A stretch of 64,000 bases of DNA, taken from Candidatus Omnitrophota bacterium (GTDB lineage Bacteria; Omnitrophota; Gorgyraeia; Gygaellales; Profunditerraquicolaceae). The position numbers and the translations under genes were made by a program. The first letter of the stretch is position 1. The number at the start of each line of letters is the position of its first letter. The notes under the pieces were generated by a model. It was not told where the DNA came from, ran no database searches, and saw only the letters and a list, made by a program, of their open reading frames with translations. Positions 9,812-18,554 of this stretch are shown piece after piece. Location of the stretch: NCBI GenBank assembly GCA_016867115.1, contig VGKG01000003.1:673-64672 (forward strand), read 5' to 3'.

Positions 9812-10078
9812 ATGCAGTGGGAGAATAATACCGCACAAAGATTTCAGACGATGATCGCCAAGATCCCGGTTTTTCACCGCCACATCACCGAACAGGCAGT
9901 AGTGCGCCGGGCCCAGGAGATCGCCGCAAAGCGTAAGGCCAGCCAGATTGAAGAAGAGGATGTCATCGCCGCCTTCTTTTCGGATGTCCCCTCGCCCTTT
10001 TACAGCATGATGGTCAGGCTATTGGAGCAAAACGGTTTTGACTACAAGAAGTACGGCTTTCCCAGGAATAACAAATAA
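9812..10078 (+). CDS. small PCP_red-domain-like protein (protochlorophyllide reductase 57 kD subunit-like motif)
   Basis: W-x3-A-x2-R-x3-IAKIPVFHRHITEQAVVRRAQEIAAKRKASQIEEEDV fits the PF08369-like pattern. SD GGAGG upstream. Confidence 0.45.
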   Translation: MQWENNTAQRFQTMIAKIPVFHRHITEQAVVRRAQEIAAKRKASQIEEEDVIAAFFSDVPSPFYSMMVRLLEQNGFDYKKYGFPRNNK

Positions 10079-10084
10079 TCTACG

Positions 10085-11089
10085 ATGAAGATCGCGGTTA
10101 TCGGAGCAGGCGCAATCGGCGCCTTGGTTGCAGGGTATCTTAAAGCAAAAGATGCGGATGTATCTTTGGTGGCGCGGCCGGATTCTTTAGCCGTAATTAA
10201 GGATCAGGGGCTTGCGGTCTCCGGGGTAAGAGGAGACTTAAAGGTCAAGATCAGCGCTGAGCAGGCCTTAAGTTACCAGCCGGAACTGGTAATTTTAGCT
10301 ACCAAGACCCAGGACCTAGAGAACGCCCTGAAGCAGAATTTAAATTTCCTTAAGGATGCCACAATCTTGACTACACAAAACGGCGTAGCTGCAGACGGCA
10401 TAGTCGCCAGATACCTTCCGGAAGAAAAAATCATTTCTAGTATTGTCATGTTCGGCGCCACGCTCCTTGAGCCGGTAAGGATCGTGCATAATTTTGAGGG
10501 GAGCTGGATCATGGGGAGCGCTTTTGGCCAAAACGACGCCGAAGTCGTCAGGATAAGCGAGGTACTTAACCGCGCCTTTCCGACAATCGTCGCCGAAGAT
10601 ATCCGGGGGATGAAATACCTGAAGATCTTTGTGAACGCCAATAACTGCATCCCGGCGATATTAGGCACCAGCATGCAGGAGGCCTTTAGCAACCCCCGGA
10701 TCAGCCGGATCAGTATCGCTATCTGGAAGGAAGGCCTGGATATCGTAGGCAGATCCGGGATCAGCCTGACCTCTTTGCCGGATTTTCCCCTGGAACGCCT
10801 GACCGCCCTGGCCGCGCTGCCACTGGATGAGGCGGCTAAGATCTTTTCCGGCATCATGAGCAATTTAAGCAAAGAGCCGCTTTATGGCTCTATCCTCCAG
10901 AGCATCAAGAGAGGCAGGACTTCAGAAATAGATTACATTAACGGCGAGTTCAGCCGGCTGGCCGAGACGCAGAATTTAGCAGCGCCTTTAAATAAAAAAT
11001 TAGTGGAGATGGTGCACAGCGTCGAGCAGAATAAGAAGTTTTTCACGCCGGATGAGCTGGTCAGCTCAACCCGCGAGCTGATAAATTAA
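10085..11089 (+). CDS. ApbA/PanE-family 2-dehydropantoate 2-reductase-like NAD(P)H oxidoreductase
   Basis: N-terminal Rossmann MKIAVIGAGAIGALVAGYL. 334 aa. Ketopantoate-reductase family architecture. Confidence 0.75.
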   Translation: MKIAVIGAGAIGALVAGYLKAKDADVSLVARPDSLAVIKDQGLAVSGVRGDLKVKISAEQALSYQPELVILATKTQDLENALKQNLNFLKDATILTTQNGVAADGIVARYLPEEKIISSIVMFGATLLEPVRIVHNFEGSWIMGSAFGQNDAEVVRISEVLNRAFPTIVAEDIRGMKYLKIFVNANNCIPAILGTSMQEAFSNPRISRISIAIWKEGLDIVGRSGISLTSLPDFPLERLTALAALPLDEAAKIFSGIMSNLSKEPLYGSILQSIKRGRTSEIDYINGEFSRLAETQNLAAPLNKKLVEMVHSVEQNKKFFTPDELVSSTRELIN

Positions 11090-11098
11090 GGAGTAAAG

Positions 11099-11698
11099 AT
11101 GATCAAATCACCTTTTCCCAAGTTAAAATTGACTGTCATGAATGTTTACGGGCCCTGTTATCACGGCTACAAGGTGGGCGATGAACTGATCCTGGATGAT
11201 TTTACCCACGGCCCTAAATATTTTTGTCTGGGCCTGGCGCATGCGCTCTTTCCCGTAGCCTATGCCTTAAGTTTCGGGGCAAAGTTCCCTTTCCGGGACA
11301 ACCAGCGTTCGTTACTGGTCACCTGTCCTGACGGAGGCAAGCTTGAGTTTAAAGCCGAGGTCCTGGATAAGGAGAGGGATGTCGAAAACGTGCCTAAGGA
11401 CCCTGAACACAGGGGCCCGAACCCCAAGAAGATGATCATTGAGGTGGTCAAGGCAAAAGGAAAATGCACCTTCGGCTATAAAGTCGGCGATAAGTGGGAG
11501 ACGCAAGGATTAAAATGCATCCCCGGATTTTGCGGAGCGGCGTTTCACACCGCGTTCCCTGCGCTCTTTGCCCTGAATTTCGGGGCGAAGTTTTTCTTTA
11601 TGCAGGATCCGGATTCTATCGATACAGTCACCTGCCCCGACGGAGGGAATATCATATTTAAGGTAACGCGGGCAAAAGAAGAGGCCAAGGAGAAATAG
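11099..11698 (+). CDS. TIGR04076-family protein, tandemly duplicated domain
   Basis: Two homologous halves, each with C-x-x-G-YKVGD ... C ... A(H/F)xxFP..AL.FGAKF.F ... CPDGG..FK. Compare FCLGLAHALFPVAYALSFGAKFPF...TCPDGG with FCGAAFHTAFPALFALNFGAKFFF...TCPDGG. Confidence 0.6.
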   Translation: MIKSPFPKLKLTVMNVYGPCYHGYKVGDELILDDFTHGPKYFCLGLAHALFPVAYALSFGAKFPFRDNQRSLLVTCPDGGKLEFKAEVLDKERDVENVPKDPEHRGPNPKKMIIEVVKAKGKCTFGYKVGDKWETQGLKCIPGFCGAAFHTAFPALFALNFGAKFFFMQDPDSIDTVTCPDGGNIIFKVTRAKEEAKEK

Positions 11699-11701
11699 TC
11701 A

Positions 11702-12964
11702 ATGCAAAAACGTAGAGTAGTGATCACTGGGATAGGCGTAATCTCGCCTAACGGTATCGGCAAGCCCGCCGTCTATCAGGCGATGATCTCCGGTGTGTCC
11801 GGGGTGAAGCGGGTGGACGGTTTTGATGTCTCCATATTTAATACCAAGATTGCTGCCGAGGCGCGCGATTTTGACCCCTTTAAGCTGGGCCTCACCCACG
11901 AAGAAGTGATGCGTATGGACCGCTACGTGCAGTTCGGCGTGGTGGCTGGCGATATGGCCATAAAGGATAGCGGCCTGGATTTTTCAAAAGAAGACCCCGA
12001 GCGCATCGGCGTCTGCCTGGCTAACGCCATCTGCGGCACCAAATACATGGAAGAGGAGTTCGCCCTGGTTACTGACGACGGCAAGAAACCGATCGACCCC
12101 TCAAAGGTGCGGCCTGATCTTTACGATGCGGCGATGTTCAATACGCCCTCAATTGAGATCAGCGCGCGTTACGGTTTTAAGGGTATCTGCGATACTCTCT
12201 CCACGGGTTGCACTGCCGGAACGGATTCTCTGGGGTTTGGCCTTGAGACGATCCAGGACGGCGAGCAAGATGTCATGATCTGCGGCGCTGCCGAAGCGCC
12301 GATCACTCCGATCACTTTTGGCGCCTTTGACGTGGTAAGTGTTCTTTCAGTGCGTAACGATACTCCGGAAGCGGCATCACGACCATTTGATAACCGGCGC
12401 GACGGTTTTGTCCTCTCCGAAGGCGCGGGGATCCTGGTCCTTGAAGAACTGGATCATGCCCTGAAACGCAATGCCCGCATTTATTGCGAGGTCCTCGGCT
12501 TTGGCACCAGCTGCAACGCCTTCCACATGACTGACCTTCCTTCTGACGGAGGGGCGATGGTAAGTTGCATCAGCCTCGGCTTGAAAGACGCAGGGGTTAA
12601 GCCGGATGAGGTCGATTATATCAGCGCCCACGGCTCATCCACCAGGATGAACGACATCTTTGAGACCAATGCCTACAAGACGATCTTCGGCGAGTATGCC
12701 TATAAGCTGCCGATCAGTTCTCTTAAGTCCATGATCGGACATCCCCTGGCCGCGGCTAACGCCGTGGAGATGACTGTCTGTGCGATGATCTTCCAGAAGG
12801 ATATCCTTCCTCCGACGATAAACCAGGAGGAGAAAGACCCTTTATGCGATCTGGATTATATCCCAAACTCAGCCCGGAAACAGAAGGTAAACACAATACT
12901 TAAGACCTCAAGCGGATTTTCGGGGATACATTCCTCACTTATATTAAGGAGATACAATGGGTAA
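11702..12964 (+). CDS. beta-ketoacyl synthase (KS-alpha / FabF-like) with intact Cys-His-His triad
   Basis: ITGIGVISP N-terminus, active-site TGCTAG, AHGSSTRMND and SMIGHPLAAA histidines. Confidence 0.85.
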   Translation: MQKRRVVITGIGVISPNGIGKPAVYQAMISGVSGVKRVDGFDVSIFNTKIAAEARDFDPFKLGLTHEEVMRMDRYVQFGVVAGDMAIKDSGLDFSKEDPERIGVCLANAICGTKYMEEEFALVTDDGKKPIDPSKVRPDLYDAAMFNTPSIEISARYGFKGICDTLSTGCTAGTDSLGFGLETIQDGEQDVMICGAAEAPITPITFGAFDVVSVLSVRNDTPEAASRPFDNRRDGFVLSEGAGILVLEELDHALKRNARIYCEVLGFGTSCNAFHMTDLPSDGGAMVSCISLGLKDAGVKPDEVDYISAHGSSTRMNDIFETNAYKTIFGEYAYKLPISSLKSMIGHPLAAANAVEMTVCAMIFQKDILPPTINQEEKDPLCDLDYIPNSARKQKVNTILKTSSGFSGIHSSLILRRYNG

Positions 12965-14192
12965 GCAGATCGCAGTCACCGGTATAGGCGTAGTCAGTCC
13001 TTCGGGCATAGGCAAGAGGCAGCTCTGGGCGAATATTAAATCCGGACGCCCTTTTATCAAGGAGATTACTCGTTTCGACGCTTCCAAATACCCCAGTCAC
13101 ATCGCAGGGCAAATAGATGAACTGGAAAAATATAGCAACATTTCAGAGCGGCTGCTCAAAAAGATCGACGCCTTCTCGCACATGGCCCTAATCGCTTCGG
13201 AGCTTGCCCTGCAAGATGCCGGCATTGATATTAAGAAAGAGGACCCGAACCTGGTCGGCATATTTTTAGGCAATGCCTTAGGCGGCTGGCTTTATGCCGA
13301 GACAGAGCTACGCGATATGTATATTGAAGGCCGCGAAGGGGTCTCGCCTTACATGGCCTCTGCCTGGTTTCCGGCTGCGCCACAGGGCCAGGTTTCTATT
13401 TACTACGGGATAAAGGGATTCAGCAAGACCGTAGTCGCAGACAGGGCAAGCTCCCTTATGGCCATCGGATATGCCAGAAAGGTCCTAAGCAAGGATAAAT
13501 TGAACATGATCTTAGCCGGCGGCATGGAAGCTCCGGTCACCCCCTACGCGCTTTTATGCTGCAACACCTATGGCTCTCTTTCTACGGATAATGCTCATCC
13601 ACAAGCCGCTTACCGGCCCTTTGATAAAAAACGTAGCGGCTTTGTCATTGGCGAGGGCGCGGGGATCGTCGTCATGGAAGGATTAGAGCGGGTGAGGGCA
13701 AGAGGGGCAAATATTCAGGCCCTGATCACCGGTTACGGCGCAACCTGCGACGGAATAGACAGGATCAATCCTGCTTCTGACGGGAAAGAATTAGCCCGGG
13801 CAATCCAGATAGCGCTTAGTGATGCGGGCATAGGCCCTGAGGGAATCGATTATATCAGCCTGGACGGTATTGCCGTTGGTCTCTGGGATAGCACCGAAGT
13901 AAAGGCGATCAAGAGTGTCTTCGGCAGCCGCGCTAAAGAGATACCGGTAAGCTGCCCGAAATCCATGTTCGGCAATCTCCTGGGCGCCTCCGGTGCCCTG
14001 GATATGATCATCACTATTTCGGCTATGGAAAACAGCCTTATTCCTCCGACTATCAATTTGGATGAGCCGGCAGAAACCGGCCTGAATTATATAGGTAAGG
14101 AAGCCAGACCCCATAAAATAAATAAAGCCCTGATCATCTCCCGCGGCAGAGGCGGGATCAATTCGGCTTTAGTGGTTGAGAAAGGAGCATAA
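12957..14192 (+). CDS. KS-like partner lacking the catalytic triad (chain-length-factor / KS-beta-like)
   Basis: KS fold (VTGIGVVSP...), but the Cys position reads ADRASS, AHGTxT is replaced by SLDGIAVG, and GH is replaced by GNLLGASG. An 8-nt overlap with the upstream KS points to translational coupling. Confidence 0.75.
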   Translation: MGKQIAVTGIGVVSPSGIGKRQLWANIKSGRPFIKEITRFDASKYPSHIAGQIDELEKYSNISERLLKKIDAFSHMALIASELALQDAGIDIKKEDPNLVGIFLGNALGGWLYAETELRDMYIEGREGVSPYMASAWFPAAPQGQVSIYYGIKGFSKTVVADRASSLMAIGYARKVLSKDKLNMILAGGMEAPVTPYALLCCNTYGSLSTDNAHPQAAYRPFDKKRSGFVIGEGAGIVVMEGLERVRARGANIQALITGYGATCDGIDRINPASDGKELARAIQIALSDAGIGPEGIDYISLDGIAVGLWDSTEVKAIKSVFGSRAKEIPVSCPKSMFGNLLGASGALDMIITISAMENSLIPPTINLDEPAETGLNYIGKEARPHKINKALIISRGRGGINSALVVEKGA

Positions 14193-14194
14193 GA

Positions 14195-15655
14195 ATGAAG
14201 ATTTTATTCGTCATGCCTAAAGTAGGCGCCTGGGCAACGCACGGAATCCACCGTTCACCGAACCAGTTGTATGCGCACTGGGCAGCTTATGCGCGCGAAA
14301 AAGGTTATACGGACGTCTCGGTCATCGACGGAAGGGCGCTTGAGATCCCCATGGACCAGTTGATCGAACAGGTCAAAGCCAAGAATCCGGATATCGTGGT
14401 CATGGGCGAGCAGATCCATGGTTACGGCGGCTACGGGGTCTTACGCCATTTCCGGGACGCGGCTATCGGGATCAAAAAAGTATTACCTAGAACAAAGATA
14501 ATCCTGGGCGGGCTATGGTATTCGGCGATGCCTGTGCCGACCCTGGAAGAGATCCCCGCGGTGGATTTTGTGGTCATGGGCGAAGAAGAGTCTTTCGGCG
14601 ACCTGATCGAGGCGATAGATAAGAATAAGCCTCTTAAAGATGTGGGTGGAGTCACCTCGCGCATCGACGGCTCAATCGTCATGGGGCCGCATAAGCCGCT
14701 GATGACTGACCTGGATAAACTGCCTTTACCGGCATACGACTTATTCCCCATGGATAAGTATGTGGGGCACACCTACTGGAAGCCCTTTGTAGATATGATC
14801 ACCTCGCGCGGCTGCCCTTCTGCCTGCACCTTCTGCTATGAATGGGACCAGTTTGACCCGCGCTCGCCGTCAGACTTCCTGAAATGGCGCGCAAAATCAC
14901 CGGAGAGGGTCATCGAAGAGCTGGAAGTGCTGCATAAGAAATACGGGGTAAAGGTCGTGGTGATCCAGGACGATAATTTTAACGTTGATCCTGCTAGGGT
15001 GAAGAGGTTCTGTGAGCTGAAGAAGCAGAAGAACATCCCGACTAAATGGGTCTCCTTAGGCAGGGCAGTGGACTGGGTGAATTGCGAGTCGATCCTGCCC
15101 CTAATGAAAGAAACGGGCTTGTTTATGGGAGTATTCGGGATAGAAGTCACCACACAGGATGAGCTGAAGAGGATTGCTAAAGGAACCACCATCGAGCAGA
15201 TCAAGAAGACTATCGAGATCCTGCGCCGTAACGATATCGCTATTGTCGCCGATATCATGATCGGGTTTGACTACGATACCGAGGCGATCATCAAGCAGCG
15301 CTTTGAGTTTGCTGATGCTGTGGACCCGGACGTCTTGTGGATCGGCTATGTGACTCCGGCACCCAACTCGCCGATGTGGCGCATTTCGCTAAAGAAAAAC
15401 TGGATCGATCCCAAGAAGGTGGACTTCAGCACCTGGGATTTCCTGCATCCGGTGATCCCCACGGATCATCTCACTACCGAGGAGCTGGGAAGGCTTGGCG
15501 CCTGGTGCATGCGCGAGTTCTTCTCAAAGCCGGGAAGGATCAACCGGATCATGGAGAGCAATTTTGACCCCCTGGCCAAGCTCTGTTTTCAGGATGTCAT
15601 GGCCGGAGTAGGCAAGTGGGAAGCAGCCGCCACCAAAGGCGAAGTACAGATCTAG
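14195..15655 (+). CDS. B12-binding-domain radical SAM enzyme
   Basis: N-terminal cobalamin-binding-like domain followed by a CPSACTFC (Cx3Cx2C) radical SAM cluster motif. 486 aa. Confidence 0.85.
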   Translation: MKILFVMPKVGAWATHGIHRSPNQLYAHWAAYAREKGYTDVSVIDGRALEIPMDQLIEQVKAKNPDIVVMGEQIHGYGGYGVLRHFRDAAIGIKKVLPRTKIILGGLWYSAMPVPTLEEIPAVDFVVMGEEESFGDLIEAIDKNKPLKDVGGVTSRIDGSIVMGPHKPLMTDLDKLPLPAYDLFPMDKYVGHTYWKPFVDMITSRGCPSACTFCYEWDQFDPRSPSDFLKWRAKSPERVIEELEVLHKKYGVKVVVIQDDNFNVDPARVKRFCELKKQKNIPTKWVSLGRAVDWVNCESILPLMKETGLFMGVFGIEVTTQDELKRIAKGTTIEQIKKTIEILRRNDIAIVADIMIGFDYDTEAIIKQRFEFADAVDPDVLWIGYVTPAPNSPMWRISLKKNWIDPKKVDFSTWDFLHPVIPTDHLTTEELGRLGAWCMREFFSKPGRINRIMESNFDPLAKLCFQDVMAGVGKWEAAATKGEVQI

Positions 15656-15663
15656 ACCGGTCA

Positions 15664-15732
15664 CGGGACAGATCCCGCCAGACCTATTACTTGCGCTGCT
15701 AAGGGACCTGTCCCGACCGCGAGGAGGTAAAG
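15664..15732 (+). promoter_or_regulatory. structured 5' leader element, copy A (upstream of ACP)
   Basis: Near-identical to 15973-16046. Contains GGGACAG...CTGTCCC inverted arms and ends in GACCGCGAGGAGGTA with SD. Read directly. Confidence 0.45.
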
Positions 15733-15957
15733 ATGAAAGAGAGGATCAGAGAAGTCTTAAGTAATCTCTTGAAAGTAAAACCCGAAGAGCTTAAGGACGA
15801 TGTTTCTTTACAGGATTCTATCGGCGTAGACTCGACCGAAATGGTTGAGACAGTGATTGCGCTGGAGAAGGCCTTCGGGAAGAAGTTAAGCACCAAGGAG
15901 ATCACCAAGTTCTCTTCGATAAGCGATATCGAAAAAGTAATTCAATCTAAAGCTTAG
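15733..15957 (+). CDS. acyl carrier protein
   Basis: 74 aa with the GVDSTEMVE phosphopantetheine-attachment serine motif. Confidence 0.85.
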   Translation: MKERIREVLSNLLKVKPEELKDDVSLQDSIGVDSTEMVETVIALEKAFGKKLSTKEITKFSSISDIEKVIQSKA

Positions 15958-15972
15958 GACCATATGAGACAT

Positions 15973-16046
15973 GTCGCGGGACAGATCCCGCCAGAGTTAA
16001 TACCTGCGGTACTAAGGGACCTGTCCCGACCGCGAGGAGGTACTCA
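15973..16046 (+). promoter_or_regulatory. structured 5' leader element, copy B (upstream of cyclase gene)
   Basis: Shares the identical 31-nt 3' segment CTAAGGGACCTGTCCCGACCGCGAGGAGGTA and 5' GGGACAGATCCCGCCAGA with copy A. A TTG start follows. Confidence 0.45.
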
Positions 16047-16880
16047 TTGAAGATAATCGACTTAAGCCTGCCAATCGACGACAAGGCCTTTGAGGTCCAC
16101 CGTGTGGATATTGAGCGGGTCTCACATTCGGCGGGAGTAGAAAAGTTCAATCGGGTAATCATGGGCAAGACCCTGAAGGGCAGGCTTCAGTATCTTTTAG
16201 GTAAGCGCATCCTGAAGAAAGAAGACCTTCCGGATGAGGAGTTCCTTTCTCTCGAAGTAATCCATTCTCCGGTGCACATCGGCACACACCTGGATTATTC
16301 TTTCCACTACGGCTCAAAGTCAGAGGGCCGCCCCGCCAAGACCGCGGAGGAGATCCCGCTTGAGTGGTGTTATGCTGACGGCGTGAAACTGGACCTGACG
16401 CATAAGAAGCCAAACGAAGTGGTCAAAGCCCCGGACCTGGAGCAGGCCTTAAAAATGATCAATTATACGCTTAAGCATAATGACATTGTGCTCCTGCATA
16501 CAGGTGCGGATAAACTCTTTGGTTCTGCGAGATACTTCTCTGAATACCCCGGAATAGACATTTCCGCGATAGATTATCTCTTAGACCGCGGGGTCAAGAT
16601 TTTCGGCGTGGACACCATGGGCATTGACCGGCCTTACAAGTTCATGCTTAAGGAGTTCCTGGAGGAGAAAAAGCCGCTTTATCCGGCGCACTTTTACGGA
16701 AGGAAGAGAGAGTTTATCCATATCGAGCGCCTAAGCAATCTGGATAAGCTGCCGGCAGCCGGCTTTAAAGTCATCTGTTTTCCGGTGAAGATAAAATATA
16801 CCGGCGCTGCCTGGTCCAGGGTAGTGGCAGTACTAAGCGAGATAAGCCCTGAACGCGAAATGAGCCAAAAGGAGGTTTGA
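16047..16880 (+). CDS. PF04199 'putative cyclase' family protein (kynurenine-formamidase-like fold)
   Basis: HSPVHIGTHLDYSFHYG metal-binding motif (HxGTHxDxPxH-like). TTG start directly after the leader SD. Confidence 0.7.
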   Translation: MKIIDLSLPIDDKAFEVHRVDIERVSHSAGVEKFNRVIMGKTLKGRLQYLLGKRILKKEDLPDEEFLSLEVIHSPVHIGTHLDYSFHYGSKSEGRPAKTAEEIPLEWCYADGVKLDLTHKKPNEVVKAPDLEQALKMINYTLKHNDIVLLHTGADKLFGSARYFSEYPGIDISAIDYLLDRGVKIFGVDTMGIDRPYKFMLKEFLEEKKPLYPAHFYGRKREFIHIERLSNLDKLPAAGFKVICFPVKIKYTGAAWSRVVAVLSEISPEREMSQKEV

Positions 16881-16881
16881 G

Positions 16882-17421
16882 ATGGGACATACCTGCAATT
16901 CTATTATCATCAACGCCCCTTACGACTTAGTCTTTGATATCTCAAATGACATCCCGCGCTGGACAGAATTATTCGGCACAGAATACAAAAAGGCAGAGGT
17001 ACTGGAGAAAAAAGACAATAAGATCACCTTCCGCCTCACTGATGAGGACGATAAGTCCTGGGTCTCCTGGCGCCTCCTTTTTAAAGACAAATACTTCGCC
17101 TATGCCCAGCGCCATGAACCGTTATTCCCTTTTAAATACATGAAGATTGTTTGGCTCTATACCCCTAAGCCCGAGGGTGTGGCTTTGGCTACTGCGCAGA
17201 AGCGCGTACCGGCCGGTCCGATAAGGCCGGGTGAAGGAGGCCAAACCACGGACCCCTGTCCTGTTGAGATGGCCTGGATCCAGCACTTTGAGATGGATGA
17301 GAAGGCTAAGTTCAATGACCAGCAGATCGAGGGTTTTATTAATGAAGGCTCCCGCCACAACCTGAAGATCTTTAAAGAGATCATCGAGCGGGAAGCAGCT
17401 ACGGCTAAAGTTAAGAGTTAA
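16882..17421 (+). CDS. SRPBCC-superfamily polyketide cyclase/aromatase-like protein
   Basis: 179 aa with a START/Bet v1-like N-terminal pattern (IIINAPYDLVFDISNDIPRW...), immediately downstream of the cyclase. Confidence 0.65.
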   Translation: MGHTCNSIIINAPYDLVFDISNDIPRWTELFGTEYKKAEVLEKKDNKITFRLTDEDDKSWVSWRLLFKDKYFAYAQRHEPLFPFKYMKIVWLYTPKPEGVALATAQKRVPAGPIRPGEGGQTTDPCPVEMAWIQHFEMDEKAKFNDQQIEGFINEGSRHNLKIFKEIIEREAATAKVKS

Positions 17422-17430
17422 GCGGATCTG

Positions 17431-18552
17431 GTGAAAAAAAGCACATTTCTCATCCTTTGTCTTGAAGGCGCGATCCTCTCCTTCAATGTCGCCGCAGCCG
17501 CTGCCTTAGTTCCTTCGATCGCCAGGGATTTTGCTCTTTCTCAGTTCGTGGTAGGCAAAATGATCTGGCTGTACATGTTTCCGTACGGCATAGCTGCTTT
17601 AATTTATGGTCCCCTGGTAAGGGCGATTGATGCAAAGAAGATAGAACTGGTTTGCATATTTTTCTTTTCTCTATCAAATCTTCTAGCCGCCCTATCCGGA
17701 AACATTTATACTTGTTTCATTGCCCGGTTTTTTATGGGACTTTTTGGCGCTTCAGTCATACCGCTTGGACTAGTATTAATTGCAAATCATATTGAGCAGC
17801 AGAGGCGCGGTAAGTATGTGGGGATTTTTTTTAGTGCAACCTTTGTGGCTTCGCTCTTAGGCTTATTTTTAAGTGGTATCATTTCCTGGCGACTGATTTA
17901 TCTTATCCCTGCAATTGCCGGCCTTTTTCTTACCGGTATCATTTATCTTTATCTGCCCAGTTTCAAAGGAGATGTTACGGGCTTTAAGATAAATTATTTT
18001 GCTGCCCTGGGTGATAAAAGAATGCTTTTTATCTTTGCCTATATATTTGTTATCAGCCTTCTTTATCACGGCATCCAGCAGTGGCTGGGAGTTTATTTCT
18101 CAGACAGGTTCGGCTTTAGCCAGTTTTTGATCAGCGCACTCATTACTCTGACCAGCTTAAGCGGTATTTTCGGAGAGGCCTTTGGCGGAGTGCTGGCAGA
18201 TAGGTTCGGCAGGATACGCACTGCGAATCTAGGCGTTCTTTTGATGGTTATCAGCGCATTGCTTTTGATCTTGAAGCTCCCTTTTGTTCTTCTGGCGCTG
18301 TTAATGATCGTCTGGGGTTTAGGCTGGACCTTTAATCATGCCGGGATATCTACGGTGTTGACAGACCTGCCTCGGGAGTTCTTGAATGAGGCAGCGAGTT
18401 TAAACAGCAGCGTGCGTTTTATTTCAGGCGGCGTGGGTGCTGCGCTCGGCGGAGTGCTGATGCAGAGGGGTTTTAGCGTCGGGTTTGTGGTTTTCGGCGT
18501 GAGCCTGGCCGCATTGTTATTTTTAAGCAAAACATTGGAAAGCGGGAGGTAG
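17431..18552 (+). CDS. MFS transporter
   Basis: 373 aa with about 12 TM segments and the MFS signature around GPLVRAIDAKK. Confidence 0.8.
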   Translation: MKKSTFLILCLEGAILSFNVAAAAALVPSIARDFALSQFVVGKMIWLYMFPYGIAALIYGPLVRAIDAKKIELVCIFFFSLSNLLAALSGNIYTCFIARFFMGLFGASVIPLGLVLIANHIEQQRRGKYVGIFFSATFVASLLGLFLSGIISWRLIYLIPAIAGLFLTGIIYLYLPSFKGDVTGFKINYFAALGDKRMLFIFAYIFVISLLYHGIQQWLGVYFSDRFGFSQFLISALITLTSLSGIFGEAFGGVLADRFGRIRTANLGVLLMVISALLLILKLPFVLLALLMIVWGLGWTFNHAGISTVLTDLPREFLNEAASLNSSVRFISGGVGAALGGVLMQRGFSVGFVVFGVSLAALLFLSKTLESGR

Positions 18553-18554
18553 TC

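Noticed and set aside
10273-10872. 199-aa antisense ORF inside the ApbA-family reductase gene
   Set aside because: Shadow ORF on the opposite strand of a well-supported Rossmann-fold gene. Low-complexity, Ser/Ala-rich translation.
15656-16046. Possible CRISPR-like repeat (two ~67-nt direct repeats)
   Set aside because: There are only two copies. The 'spacer' is the ACP gene. The repeats carry SD sequences and abut start codons. No cas genes are present.
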